From assembly GCA_044892525.1 (NCBI GenBank), contig CM097886.1, positions 33,108,001 to 33,172,000 of the forward strand: a DNA stretch of 64,000 nucleotides, written 5' to 3'. Source of the stretch: Schmidtea polychroa (Eukaryota). A model generated the notes under the pieces. That model had not been told where the DNA came from. It did not search any database and saw nothing but the letters and a program-made list of their open reading frames with translations. The position numbers and the translations under genes were made by a program. Positions 1 to 9,500 of the stretch are shown here, one piece after another. Position 1 is the stretch's first letter; each line of letters opens with the position of its first letter.

Positions 1-1378
1 AATATTTATTACTTTTATATTTATTTAACACAAATTTTCGGCAGTCTTTTTCAAGTGCCTATAAATTTATAGCTTGGAATGAAAATAAAATTTACTAATT
101 ATGATCAATATTCATTTTAAAAGTATAAAATGATAGTTTCTTGGTAGGAGCATTAACTAAATGTTAAACAACTTTAATAATAAAATAAGCCTTTTGCTGC
201 AAAATATATTATAATGAAAAATTTTCGATTATTAGATAATTCTTTTCAATTTCATTTTAAATTGAAGAATTTACTAATAATCAAATTTTTTTTCCATTTA
301 ATATATATTTTACAGCAAAAGACTTATCTTATCATTCAGTTGTTTTGCTATTCATTTTAATTATTTGGAGTCTGTGAGAACTTATAATTTTTGAGTAAAA
401 TTCTAGATGATTTATAGAGTCTGAGGATAGTTAAAGAAATAATGTTTTCAAATCACTGATTTCATTCTCAAAAAAATTAGGATTTTTGAAAATAAAATAT
501 TGTAGAGCTAGAAACAAGAGAATATTGGATTTGCTTTAATAAGTCAGAAAAGATACTAGCGAGAAGAGATAATAGGTTTTGCTGATTTTTTTCGAAAAGA
601 GATATTTGAGAATAAAATGATCGTAAATAGACTAAATGGTGAGTGACGGAAATTTGAAATAATAAAATAAAGAAGGAATGCTCCTTAATTTTTGGAAGCT
701 AAGTACGGCTACATCTATTTTAACGTAAAATAAAGACGCATTCAAATATTTCGAATTGAGTCACAGTGAGAAACATTCATTAAGAGAATTTATGTAAAAC
801 AAGTTCATGAAATGGTTGAAAGTCGTATCTACAAAAAGGAATGAATAGAAGAGGCGTAAATCCTTCTGCCAGTATTAAAGAAGTCGGAAATAATGGGGAA
901 TTTTATTAACAATAGACTTTAACTGCCCATTTGTTCTTAACTACTTTATACATTTTCAATTTGCGCTTCAAGGTCAAAGTGAAAAGTAACACAGCCATGG
1001 TAACACAGTAACTTAATAACCACAAGCATGAACTTAATGGTTTAAGAAGTTTTAACCAATTTTGTAAAAATATATTTCGTCATTAAATTTAATATGTTCA
1101 TTGATTTACTGAAAAGGTTAAGAAACAAATTCAATTGTGACTGCACTGACACGAGACACCTTTAAGGGAACATTCCTTATGAAAAAAAACTGCTGTCTTA
1201 TTTAAAGAACAGTACGGCATGAAGTATGGAGTATGCCATGCGACATGTGTTATATTGCAACAATGAAAGAAGTAGATAAATGAATAAGTTATAAAGTGTA
1301 CCAAACCATTAGATTGTTATATCAAAATTACAGATAAATGTGATGTTAATTCCAGAGCCAACAACAGCTATTTAACAA

Positions 1379-1623
1379 TGTGAGGAAGATTTAATTATTA
1401 GCACAATATAATATTATAATAATAAATTACATCTGAATTATTACTATTAAGAAATTAACATATACATATATTAAAGTATTATATTCGTATTATATTATGG
1501 CGTACATAATTATTATTGTTATTTAGAAATGCTTAATCGTCAATTTAATGATTTGTTTAGTCAAACCGATATTGTTATAATTTTTGAATATAATTTGAAT
1601 TCGACTTTTAGTTTTATTTAACA
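1379..1623 (+). repeat. 5' LTR (245 bp, TGT...ACA)
   Basis: Starts TGTGAGGAAG, ends ...TTTAACA immediately before TGGCGACC; repeated at 6302. Confidence 0.93.
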
Positions 1624-2786
1624 TGGCGACCCTGGCAATAGTGAATAAGATGATTCCGGATGTTTACGACGGAAGACACGAAATCGAAACTTTCATTGAA
1701 GAATGTAAGCGATATTTTCAGTTATGTGGGTTAGATCAAGATAACCAAAATATGATGATAAAATGCCTTATTTCAAGAGATATTTTACCGATTTATGAAG
1801 CCGTCGATGTCAAATTTATTAATTTTGAAGATAGACTCAGAGAAGCTTTCAAGAAGCCGTCAACACTGATAGGCGATTTTCTGAACTTATACAATTATGA
1901 GAAAGATAACGATGCAGCGCCAGTGTTTTTCGAAAAGATTGAGAAAATGGTCGACAAAGTATTGAAACACAAGTGGGATAAAAACGAATTAGTCGCTTAT
2001 TTTTTGATACATTGTGTCAAAGACAAAGAAATCCAAAAAGAGATCAAGATGCGAGATGCTTTAAAAGTCGAAGAGATCAAGGACGTAATTCGTAAAGTTG
2101 ATGCTATCAACATTGAAGTTTCTAGTATTGCAGTTATGCAAAGAAAAGAAACGTTCGCAAACGTAATAAAGAAACGACAAGGATTTGCCGATATACAAGA
2201 TCGACAACGCAATTTTTCGAATGTTCAAGAAAGACGAAATTTTGAACCAAGATTCAATTCTATTCCGCACGCTCAAAGCTTCGATTCTGGAAGGAATACT
2301 AATCAACAGTATTACCATAGAGACAACAGAGCAAGTGGAAGTCGCGTTGTTACATGTTGGAATTGTCAAGAACTAGGACATTCGAGTCGAGAATGCCCAA
2401 AAAAGAAGTGTTATGGATGTGGAAAAGAAGGACACATGATTAGAGAATGTAAAAATAACAAGATAAATTCAGAATTGAGATGCAACGCTTGTAAGGAATC
2501 TGGCCATCACCGGGGAGAATGTCCATCGATTTCATGCTCAGGATGTGGAAAACGTGGTCATTTGCGGTTTCAATGTTGGGGAACAGCAGACACACGATCA
2601 TCAGGAAGAAACCAATCTAGAAATTACGAGGATAACAGACGATATCAAGACAGATATGCCGATGGAAGAGTGGCAGCTATGGAAGACCGCGGAAACGAAG
2701 CGGAGGATTCTCAGTCTACCCGAAGTGATGGACACCCAAATGGGAGGGCTCCATCATTAGGCGAGATGATAGGAGCCATGCATTAA
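1623..2786 (+). CDS. gag: Gag polyprotein with four CCHC zinc knuckles
   Basis: 387-aa ORF with four C-x2-C-x4-H-x4-C motifs at 2355-2576 (CWNCQELGHSSREC, CYGCGKEGHMIREC, CNACKESGHHRGEC, CSGCGKRGHLRFQC). Confidence 0.93.
   Translation: MATLAIVNKMIPDVYDGRHEIETFIEECKRYFQLCGLDQDNQNMMIKCLISRDILPIYEAVDVKFINFEDRLREAFKKPSTLIGDFLNLYNYEKDNDAAPVFFEKIEKMVDKVLKHKWDKNELVAYFLIHCVKDKEIQKEIKMRDALKVEEIKDVIRKVDAINIEVSSIAVMQRKETFANVIKKRQGFADIQDRQRNFSNVQERRNFEPRFNSIPHAQSFDSGRNTNQQYYHRDNRASGSRVVTCWNCQELGHSSRECPKKKCYGCGKEGHMIRECKNNKINSELRCNACKESGHHRGECPSISCSGCGKRGHLRFQCWGTADTRSSGRNQSRNYEDNRRYQDRYADGRVAAMEDRGNEAEDSQSTRSDGHPNGRAPSLGEMIGAMH
1624..1636 (+). promoter_or_regulatory. Primer binding site, tRNA-Arg type (TGGCGACC...)
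   Basis: TGG directly after the LTR-terminal CA. TGGCGACC is complementary to a tRNA 3' end ...GGUCGCCA, as in tRNA-Arg; the tRNA assignment is from recall. Confidence 0.75.
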
Positions 2787-5700
2787 AAGGTAATAATGAT
2801 GATTGTGTGCGCCAAGATAAGTATAGTATATTTTTTAATAATAATAGTAATAGTAATTTAGACAGTATGTATAATTTTAAAAGTAGTAATAATAATTTAG
2901 ACAGTATATCTAAATCAAATTTAAAGGTAAAAAATATTAGATTTAAATCAGATGTAATTTTAGAAGATAGTATTAAAAACGTGAAAAGTAAATTAAAAAA
3001 ATATGATGTAATAAAGGAAGATTATCAGAGTAACAGTAAGATTATATATGACGTACGAGATAAAACTGATATTAATGATTGTAATTGGATGCGTGATAAA
3101 ATTAATGTAATTGAAAATAAATGTGATCAGAATTGTAAGAAGATAATAAGTATTTGTGAGGCAAAATTAATAAATAGCAGTAAAAGGTTTGTTTATGACG
3201 AAACATTGGATAAACATATAAATAATATTTCTGTTTTAAATGACGATTTAGAAATTGTATATGATAAGATGGGTGGAAGACCAAGCGTAATAGTTGGGAT
3301 TAATAGGATTTATTTCAAACATTGTCTATTGGATACGGGGGCTAGAATGAATGTAATAGATAGCTCGATCATCAAAGAAATAGGTGAGATAGATATTAAA
3401 CCTCACAATGAAGGAATTTGGTGTGCAAATGGCAGTCCATTGGAAACATTTGGCAATGTTAAATTGAAGATTCAAATCGGTAACAAAGAAGAGAATGTGA
3501 TTTTTGTTGTTGTTAAAAAGGTTTCACCGTCAATTATTGGTGGGATAGATTTACTTCGTCAATTCAACATCAAGTTAATGAAAATAAACGATAGTATAAC
3601 TGAAAATACGGAAATAGAAAATAATTTTAATGAAATTTGTAATATTGAGGCAAGATTTAGCAACTCATATAATGATGAGAAAAGATTTAGTCGAGCAATA
3701 AAATTATTTGATTTAAAAAAAGGAGATAAAATGTATCAGATAATTAATGAAAATAAAGAAGTTTTTATGGCTGATAAATGGGACATTGGAAAAACAGATT
3801 TATTATGGCACGAAATCAAAACTACTGAGGGCCCAATTTACATGAACCCTAGACGACAACCGGCTCATTTAGAAGAAAAAATTGAGGAAGCTATAAAAAA
3901 TTTGGAAGAAAATGGTATTATTAGGAAATGTGATTCGAGTTGGAATACTCCATTGGTATGTGTTTGGAAAAAAGAAAAGAATGACATCAGATTGTGTTTG
4001 GATTTTAGAAACCTAAATAAAATAACAGAAAGACAAATATTTCCAATGCCTAATATTGAACAAATGTTAGATTCACTCAATGGATCCAAGTTTTTTAGTA
4101 CTATAGATCTTGGAAGTGCATATTATCAAGTGGAGTTAACAAATAATTCACAAGAAAAAACCGCATTTTCAACAAGGAGCGGACAGTACTGTTTTAATAG
4201 AATGCCTTTTGGAATTGCTGCGGCACCGGCTACATTTCAAAAACTAATGAATATGGTTTTAGGAAAACTTCTGTGGAATACAGCTATTGTATATTTGGAT
4301 GACATATTAATATTTTCTACAAATAAAGAAGAGCATTTTAAAAGAATAAATGAAGTATTAATGAAAATTAAGGAAGCGGGATTACGAGTAAATCCAGAAA
4401 AATGTATATTTTTAACAAATGAGACAAAATTTTTAGGCCATATAATTAATAATGAAGGTGTGAAAGTGGATGAAAATAAAATTGAAGCAATTAAAAATTT
4501 TGTAAGACCTCAATGTTTGAAACAACTAAGAAGTTTTTTGGGGTTGTGTAATTATTATAGAAAATTTATAAAAAATTATTCAATGTTTTCACGAATATTA
4601 GAGTCTATATGTGGTACGACTAATGAAAAACTTATATGGTCAGAAAAATGTGAAGAAGCATTTGAAGAATTAAAAAATGCATTATCGAAAACACCAGTAT
4701 TAATATACCCTAACTTTCAGAAAGAATTTATTTTGGACACTGATGCAAGTTTTGACACAATTGGTGCGGTTTTATCACAGTTAGACGAACAGGGACATGA
4801 GCGAGTAATTGCATATGGTTCGCATTCAATGAATAAGCATGAAATAGGTTATTGTATAACAAGGAAGGAGTTATTGGCCATTTATTATTTTACTCAACAT
4901 TTTAAACATTATTTGTATGGGAAAAAATTTAAATTAAGAACGGACCATAAAGCAATAACATTCATGATGGCAACAAAAAAGCCAATCACGGCACAATTCC
5001 AAACTTGGATAAATTTTCTTAGCAGTTTGGATATGGATATTTCATTTAGAAAAGGTATGGAACATACCAATGCAGATGCATTATCCCGAGATAAGTGTGG
5101 ACGATGTACTCAATGTATGGAAGTTCATGAAAATCCTAAAACAGAAAAAATGAAAACAAGACTTTTAACAATGACAGCTGTTAAGCAAGGTGTGATTTGG
5201 CAAAAGGGTAATGTTGAGATAGAAAATCAAAAAGAATTAATCATGAAAAATGTAAAAACTAAATTTAAGATTGATGATGATGTTATCATGACAAAAGAAA
5301 ATAAAATTTGGATTCCTAAAAACAATCGCGAAAAATTTATCAAAGAAATGCATAAAATCCTATGCCACGCAGGTTGCAAAAAAGTGATTGACTACATAAA
5401 AGTAAATTATGACATGGATGAATTACAAATGATAACTACAGAAATTATTCAAAATTGTGAATTATGTCAAAAAAGAAAAACACTAACAACTAAAACAAAG
5501 GAAACTATACTAAAAACGGAAGTGTCGAAACCGTTTGAAACAATTGCTATAGATTTTTGTGGACCTTTGAAAACAAGTGTACATGGGAAAAAGTATATTT
5601 TAGGAATTATTGATATGTGCACTCGATATATTTCTCTTACAGCAGTTTCTAAGCAAGATGAGAAAACAACAGCGGACACAATAATGAAATTTTGGATTCT

Positions 5701-6334
5701 AAAATACGGTTCTCCTAGGATAATTCAAGTAGATTGTGGGAAGACATTTGAATCAGGTGTGATGAAAGAATTAGCTAAAACCCATAACATAATGCTTCAA
5801 TTTTCAAGTCCATACCATCATAGTGCAAATGGATTAATAGAACGGCAATTTCGAACAATAAGAGATTTCATGAGTACCTCAATTAAAGATAGATTAAAAA
5901 GCAATTGGGTAGAGGTATTACCAGAAATTGAATTTGCTTTGAACGCAACCGTACAAAGTACATTAGGGAAAAGTCCAGCGGAAATAGTATTTGGGTTTCG
6001 AATAACAAGAGAATGGCAAAACAAAAAGGAAGTTACTAATGACCGAATTAGAATCATTGAAGAGATACAAGAAAAGCAAAGAAATGTTAAGTACAGAAAC
6101 GCAGATAGAATTAATAGAGAATTTAAAATAGATGACAACGTTTTAGTAAAGATAGACACAAGAAAAAAAGAAGATGATAGATACAGAGGACCTTTTCGAG
6201 TGATAAAGAAACTACATGATAGAAGTTACGAACTTATGGATAAAGAAGGTAAAACAATGATTCGAAATGTAGAATGGCTAAAGCCTTTTAAACAGGGGGG
6301 ATGTGAGGAAGATTTAATTATTAGCACAATATAA
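2729..6334 (+). CDS. pol: Pol polyprotein (protease, RT, RNase H, integrase), probably expressed as a gag-pol fusion
   Basis: Motifs LLDTGA (protease); LCLDFRNLN, MPFG and YLDD (RT); LDTDAS and ELLAI (RNase H); H-x4-H/C-x2-C plus IAIDF, IQVDCG and GLIERQF (integrase); GPF motif. No stops from 2729 to 6334. Confidence 0.97.
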   Translation, partial: WTPKWEGSIIRRDDRSHALKGNNDDCVRQDKYSIFFNNNSNSNLDSMYNFKSSNNNLDSISKSNLKVKNIRFKSDVILEDSIKNVKSKLKKYDVIKEDYQSNSKIIYDVRDKTDINDCNWMRDKINVIENKCDQNCKKIISICEAKLINSSKRFVYDETLDKHINNISVLNDDLEIVYDKMGGRPSVIVGINRIYFKHCLLDTGARMNVIDSSIIKEIGEIDIKPHNEGIWCANGSPLETFGNVKLKIQIGNKEENVIFVVVKKVSPSIIGGIDLLRQFNIKLMKINDSITENTEIENNFNEICNIEARFSNSYNDEKRFSRAIKLFDLKKGDKMYQIINENKEVFMADKWDIGKTDLLWHEIKTTEGPIYMNPRRQPAHLEEKIEEAIKNLEENGIIRKCDSSWNTPLVCVWKKEKNDIRLCLDFRNLNKITERQIFPMPNIEQMLDSLNGSKFFSTIDLGSAYYQVELTNNSQEKTAFSTRSGQYCFNRMPFGIAAAPATFQKLMNMVLGKLLWNTAIVYLDDILIFSTNKEEHFKRINEVLMKIKEAGLRVNPEKCIFLTNETKFLGHIINNEGVKVDENKIEAIKNFVRPQCLKQLRSFLGLCNYYRKFIKNYSMFSRILESICGTTNEKLIWSEKCEEAFEELKNALSKTPVLIYPNFQKEFILDTDASFDTIGAVLSQLDEQGHERVIAYGSHSMNKHEIGYCITRKELLAIYYFTQHFKHYLYGKKFKLRTDHKAITFMMATKKPITAQFQTWINFLSSLDMDISFRKGMEHTNADALSRDKCGRCTQCMEVHENPKTEKMKTRLLTMTAVKQGVIWQKGNVEIENQKELIMKNVKTKFKIDDDVIMTKENKIWIPKNNREKFIKEMHKILCHAGCKKVIDYIKVNYDMDELQMITTEIIQNCELCQKRKTLTTKTKETILKTEVSKPFETIAIDFCGPLKTSVHGKKYILGIIDMCTRYISLTAVSKQDEKTTADTIMKFWILKYGSPRIIQVDCGKTFESGVMKELAKTHNIMLQFSSPYHHSANGLIERQFRTIRDFMSTSIKDRLKSNWVEVLPEIEFALNATVQSTLGKSPAEIVFGFRITREWQNKKEVTNDRIRIIEEIQEKQRNVKYRNADRINREFKIDDNVLVKIDTRKKEDDRYRGPFRVIKKLHDRSYELMDKEGKTMIRNVEWLKPFKQGGCEEDLIISTI
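2735..2777 (+). promoter_or_regulatory. -1 programmed ribosomal frameshift signal (C CCA AAT + stem-loop)
   Basis: The pol frame is -1 relative to gag and open from 2729. Heptamer CCCAAAT at 2735-2741 is in X XXY YYZ phase, then a 5-nt spacer, then hairpin GGCTCC-ATCAT/ATGAT-A-GGAGCC at 2747-2777. Confidence 0.75.
6290..6301 (+). promoter_or_regulatory. Polypurine tract
   Basis: AAACAGGGGGGA directly before the TGT of the 3' LTR. Confidence 0.85.
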
Positions 6335-6532
6335 TATTATAATAATAAATTACATCTGAATTATTACTATTAAGAAATTAACATATACATATATTAAAGT
6401 ATTATATTCGTATTATATTATGGCGTACATAATTATTATTGTTATTTAGAAATGCTTAATCGTCAATTTAATGATTTGTTTAGTCAAACCGATATTGTTA
6501 TAATTTTTGAATATAATTTGAATTCGACTTTA
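6302..6532 (+). repeat. 3' LTR, lacking its last ~13-15 nt
   Basis: Identical to the 5' LTR up to ...TCGACTTT (6531), then diverges; terminal GTTTTATTTAACA is absent. Confidence 0.9.
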
Positions 6533-9500
6533 CCTTCAAATGATTTGGAGTACAAACATCTAATTCTTCGATGCATAAATGATTTTGAATTCGCCAGAGG
6601 AAATTTTCTCCAGGTTCAGTGATCATAAATTCACTTTTTAATTGATCTTCGTAGTCATCTAGAAATTCATCACATTTATTTTTTAACCACAAAGTAACGT
6701 TCTCATCATTATAAACTCCAGACGTGTTATATTGTTCAGCATTATGAGGTTCAAATCTAACAAATTGTGGAATGTTATTTGTCCATAATTGTCCATATTT
6801 GACCATTTCTTTACATAACTACAAAGATANNNNNNNNNNNNNNNNNNNNNNNNNNNNNNNNNNNNNNNNNNNNNNNNNNNNNNNNNNNNNNNNNNNNNNN
6901 NNNNNNNNNNNNNNNNNNNNNNNNNNNNNNNNNNNNNNNNNNNNNNNNNNNNNNNNNNNNNAGGGTTCCCTCCATCCGAATTTTACTTTTTTTAAAATTT
7001 TTTTTATGAAGTATTTAATCTTTTGTACTTATCGTTCTATATTACTTATAAATGGTTTATGCTATTGTCTTTTATCATAGTTATGTAAACATATTAATAA
7101 ACTGAATCTTACTCCTGTCCAAGAATACCCTGGATATTAACTTTAACATTAACTCCACGTTCTAACGGGGTTGGTGAAGCGAAGCGAACAAGGACAGAGC
7201 CCCTAATAATAATATTAATAATAATATATTTAATAGAAATTTTTTGATTATGAATCAGTAAAGATATCGATGTTTTTTATATCTTTAGTGATTCATAGTC
7301 AAAAACTTCTAAGAAATGTCAATTGAAAAGAAATCAGAGATGAAAATTGAAAAAAAGTTTTTATAATAATAATAATACAAGTATACAATATTGCCGATTC
7401 AACTCTATTATAAGTTAAAAATGCTAAAGATAATCGGCTGCACTTGTAAACAGTTTCTGTGTATCTACTAATTTTTTAGTTCACAGAAGTGATTATGATT
7501 TTTCATACGAGATGTTTATAAGTTTGACCAAGGTAATTTTAAGTGATGCGATTTCCAGTGTACCAGGGAAACTATGCAATAGAGTTGAATCGGCAATATT
7601 ATATACTTACCTGGCGCGAAGAGAAATCTTTGCGTCTCCTGCACAGTACTGATGAGAACCAAAAGCTCGAAACTAGTCTACTATTGGGATTTGCACTGGG
7701 TATCAAAAATCTTATTCTATTCAAGTGTAAGACATCCGACAAAAAACTTTTACACCCTTACTTTATAATGTAAATGACATGCATTCAATCAGTAACAATA
7801 GTGGGGTATATTGAAAAGGATTATTTTGTATTCAAAAAGTCTATTTTAATATAACTTGCAGCAAAGACTTTTCAAATGTTTTAAAATTCCTTAAAACTTG
7901 TCATTATCACTTAATAAAATTACAAATGAATGAAGTCATTCTTGTGATTTACTCGAAAGATTTTAATTAGCTTAATCTTTGAAAATATGTACTCACATGG
8001 ATAAAAGATTTTCAATATGGTCGAAAGGAGTCTAAGACAATATCTCCCAAGATTAAAATTCTGTTGGTTGGTGGACTGGAACTAAATAAAAGTAAGTCCT
8101 GACTGTTGGTTGTTTTGTAGTGATCTGGTAAAACGAAATCTTCGGCATATAATGGGACTGGAACCGGATTATTTATTCGTTGTCAGATGCGCCGAAGAAT
8201 ACGTCTTAGATGGTAAACAGTTGGCAATTATTTTTCGTGAAGTCGACCTACAACTTGATTACCAAGAACTTTTACTTTAACTTTACTAGTCTTTTGAATC
8301 TCGACTTTTCTCACACTCAAAGGAAACAACCCAATTTTTTAGATATATTTGTTTTACTTAAACAAATCCTTCGAGTAGTAGCTTATCTTGTCCCTTTTAA
8401 TACATAACATAATATAATATAATATAACAACATAACATAGAATATTAACTGCTACAATGTACCAAAATAAATCATATAAACTTCCAAACTTTAGCTATTT
8501 ATAGTGTATTTATCAATTTACATTTCCAGGTTTAAAAATTTTATTATTGTCCGGAGGAATATTGTCTTGATACAGATTAATAGAAATCAAACATAAGTGA
8601 GTATAATAGTTGTTTCACGCTTTAGACTACTGGCAAATTAAAATTTAAAAGTACTTCTGCTCAAAAAATGCTTAACGAATGAAAAGATAAATAGAGGATC
8701 ATCCCAATTTCTTTCTTCATCGCAACCCAAACGTCTTTCATATACAGAAATTTCGGGCCAACAAGCAAATTTTCCCCCATGAGGGAAAATTTGCATGTTA
8801 ATTAACATGTTGATAAGATAGTAGCAGATAATATATAATTTTATCTAATAGATATCTAATAGATAACTCTATCAAAAATCAATTAAAAAATGTCTATGTG
8901 GAGCATATGGAGTCTATGGAGTCTATGTGGAGCAAGATAAAGTTACTAATCAAACAAATGAAAGGATTATGTAAAAATTCTCTCTAATGAGTTTATGTTT
9001 AAGAATAATGTTTGTCGTTATGATTTTCAACATTTAATTGATTTAATAAAATCTGATCAACCTTATTTTATATTTATTTTAGTTTTATATTTTGTTCTAT
9101 TATTCTTTAATTATCAAACAATTATCTTTTAATTACATCAGAGGGAAAATTTGCGTGTTGACCCGAAATTTAAATAACTTTTCTATATATACTTCCATAT
9201 TCAATTTTCGACGCTCTTCAAAGTCTTTAACATCCTTTTCTTTAGACCGTCGTTATTTTCACATTGTAAGATATATGAATTGATTACAATGTTTATGAAA
9301 GCATTTGTAGTGGTTGCTTATGAGACTTCTTCGAGATACATGCAAATGTTTAAATATGACGACTATTTCGTCTGAATTGTTTATGACTGTTGATAATCTA
9401 GTCTTTCTTTTTCTGTGAAGATGACTATTGCTTTTATGTCAATAATTCAATGACCAGGAAGTTCAACTGTGATGATAGATGGTTTTCGATTAAAATAAGT

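Larger units (their letters stand above)
1379..6532 (+). mobile_element. Ty3/Gypsy LTR retrotransposon, near full length, recent
   Basis: Direct repeats 1379-1608 and 6302-6531 read identical. PBS, gag, pol (PR-RT-RH-IN order) and PPT are all present. No TSD is recoverable because the 3' LTR end is missing. Confidence 0.97.

Noticed and set aside
361-420. Terminal CNPY exon left of the retrotransposon (NFTQKL*)
   Set aside because: No ER-retention motif or homology; such short frames are expected by chance.
480-900. MULE-like transposase relic
   Set aside because: Only vague similarity (ADFFEKRYL) with many stops and no diagnostic motif.
7603-7770. Canonical U1 snRNA gene
   Set aside because: Only the 5' 12-mer matches. 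There is no U1-70K loop (GAUCACGAAG), no properly placed U1A loop and no clear Sm site, and the downstream structure is a hammerhead.
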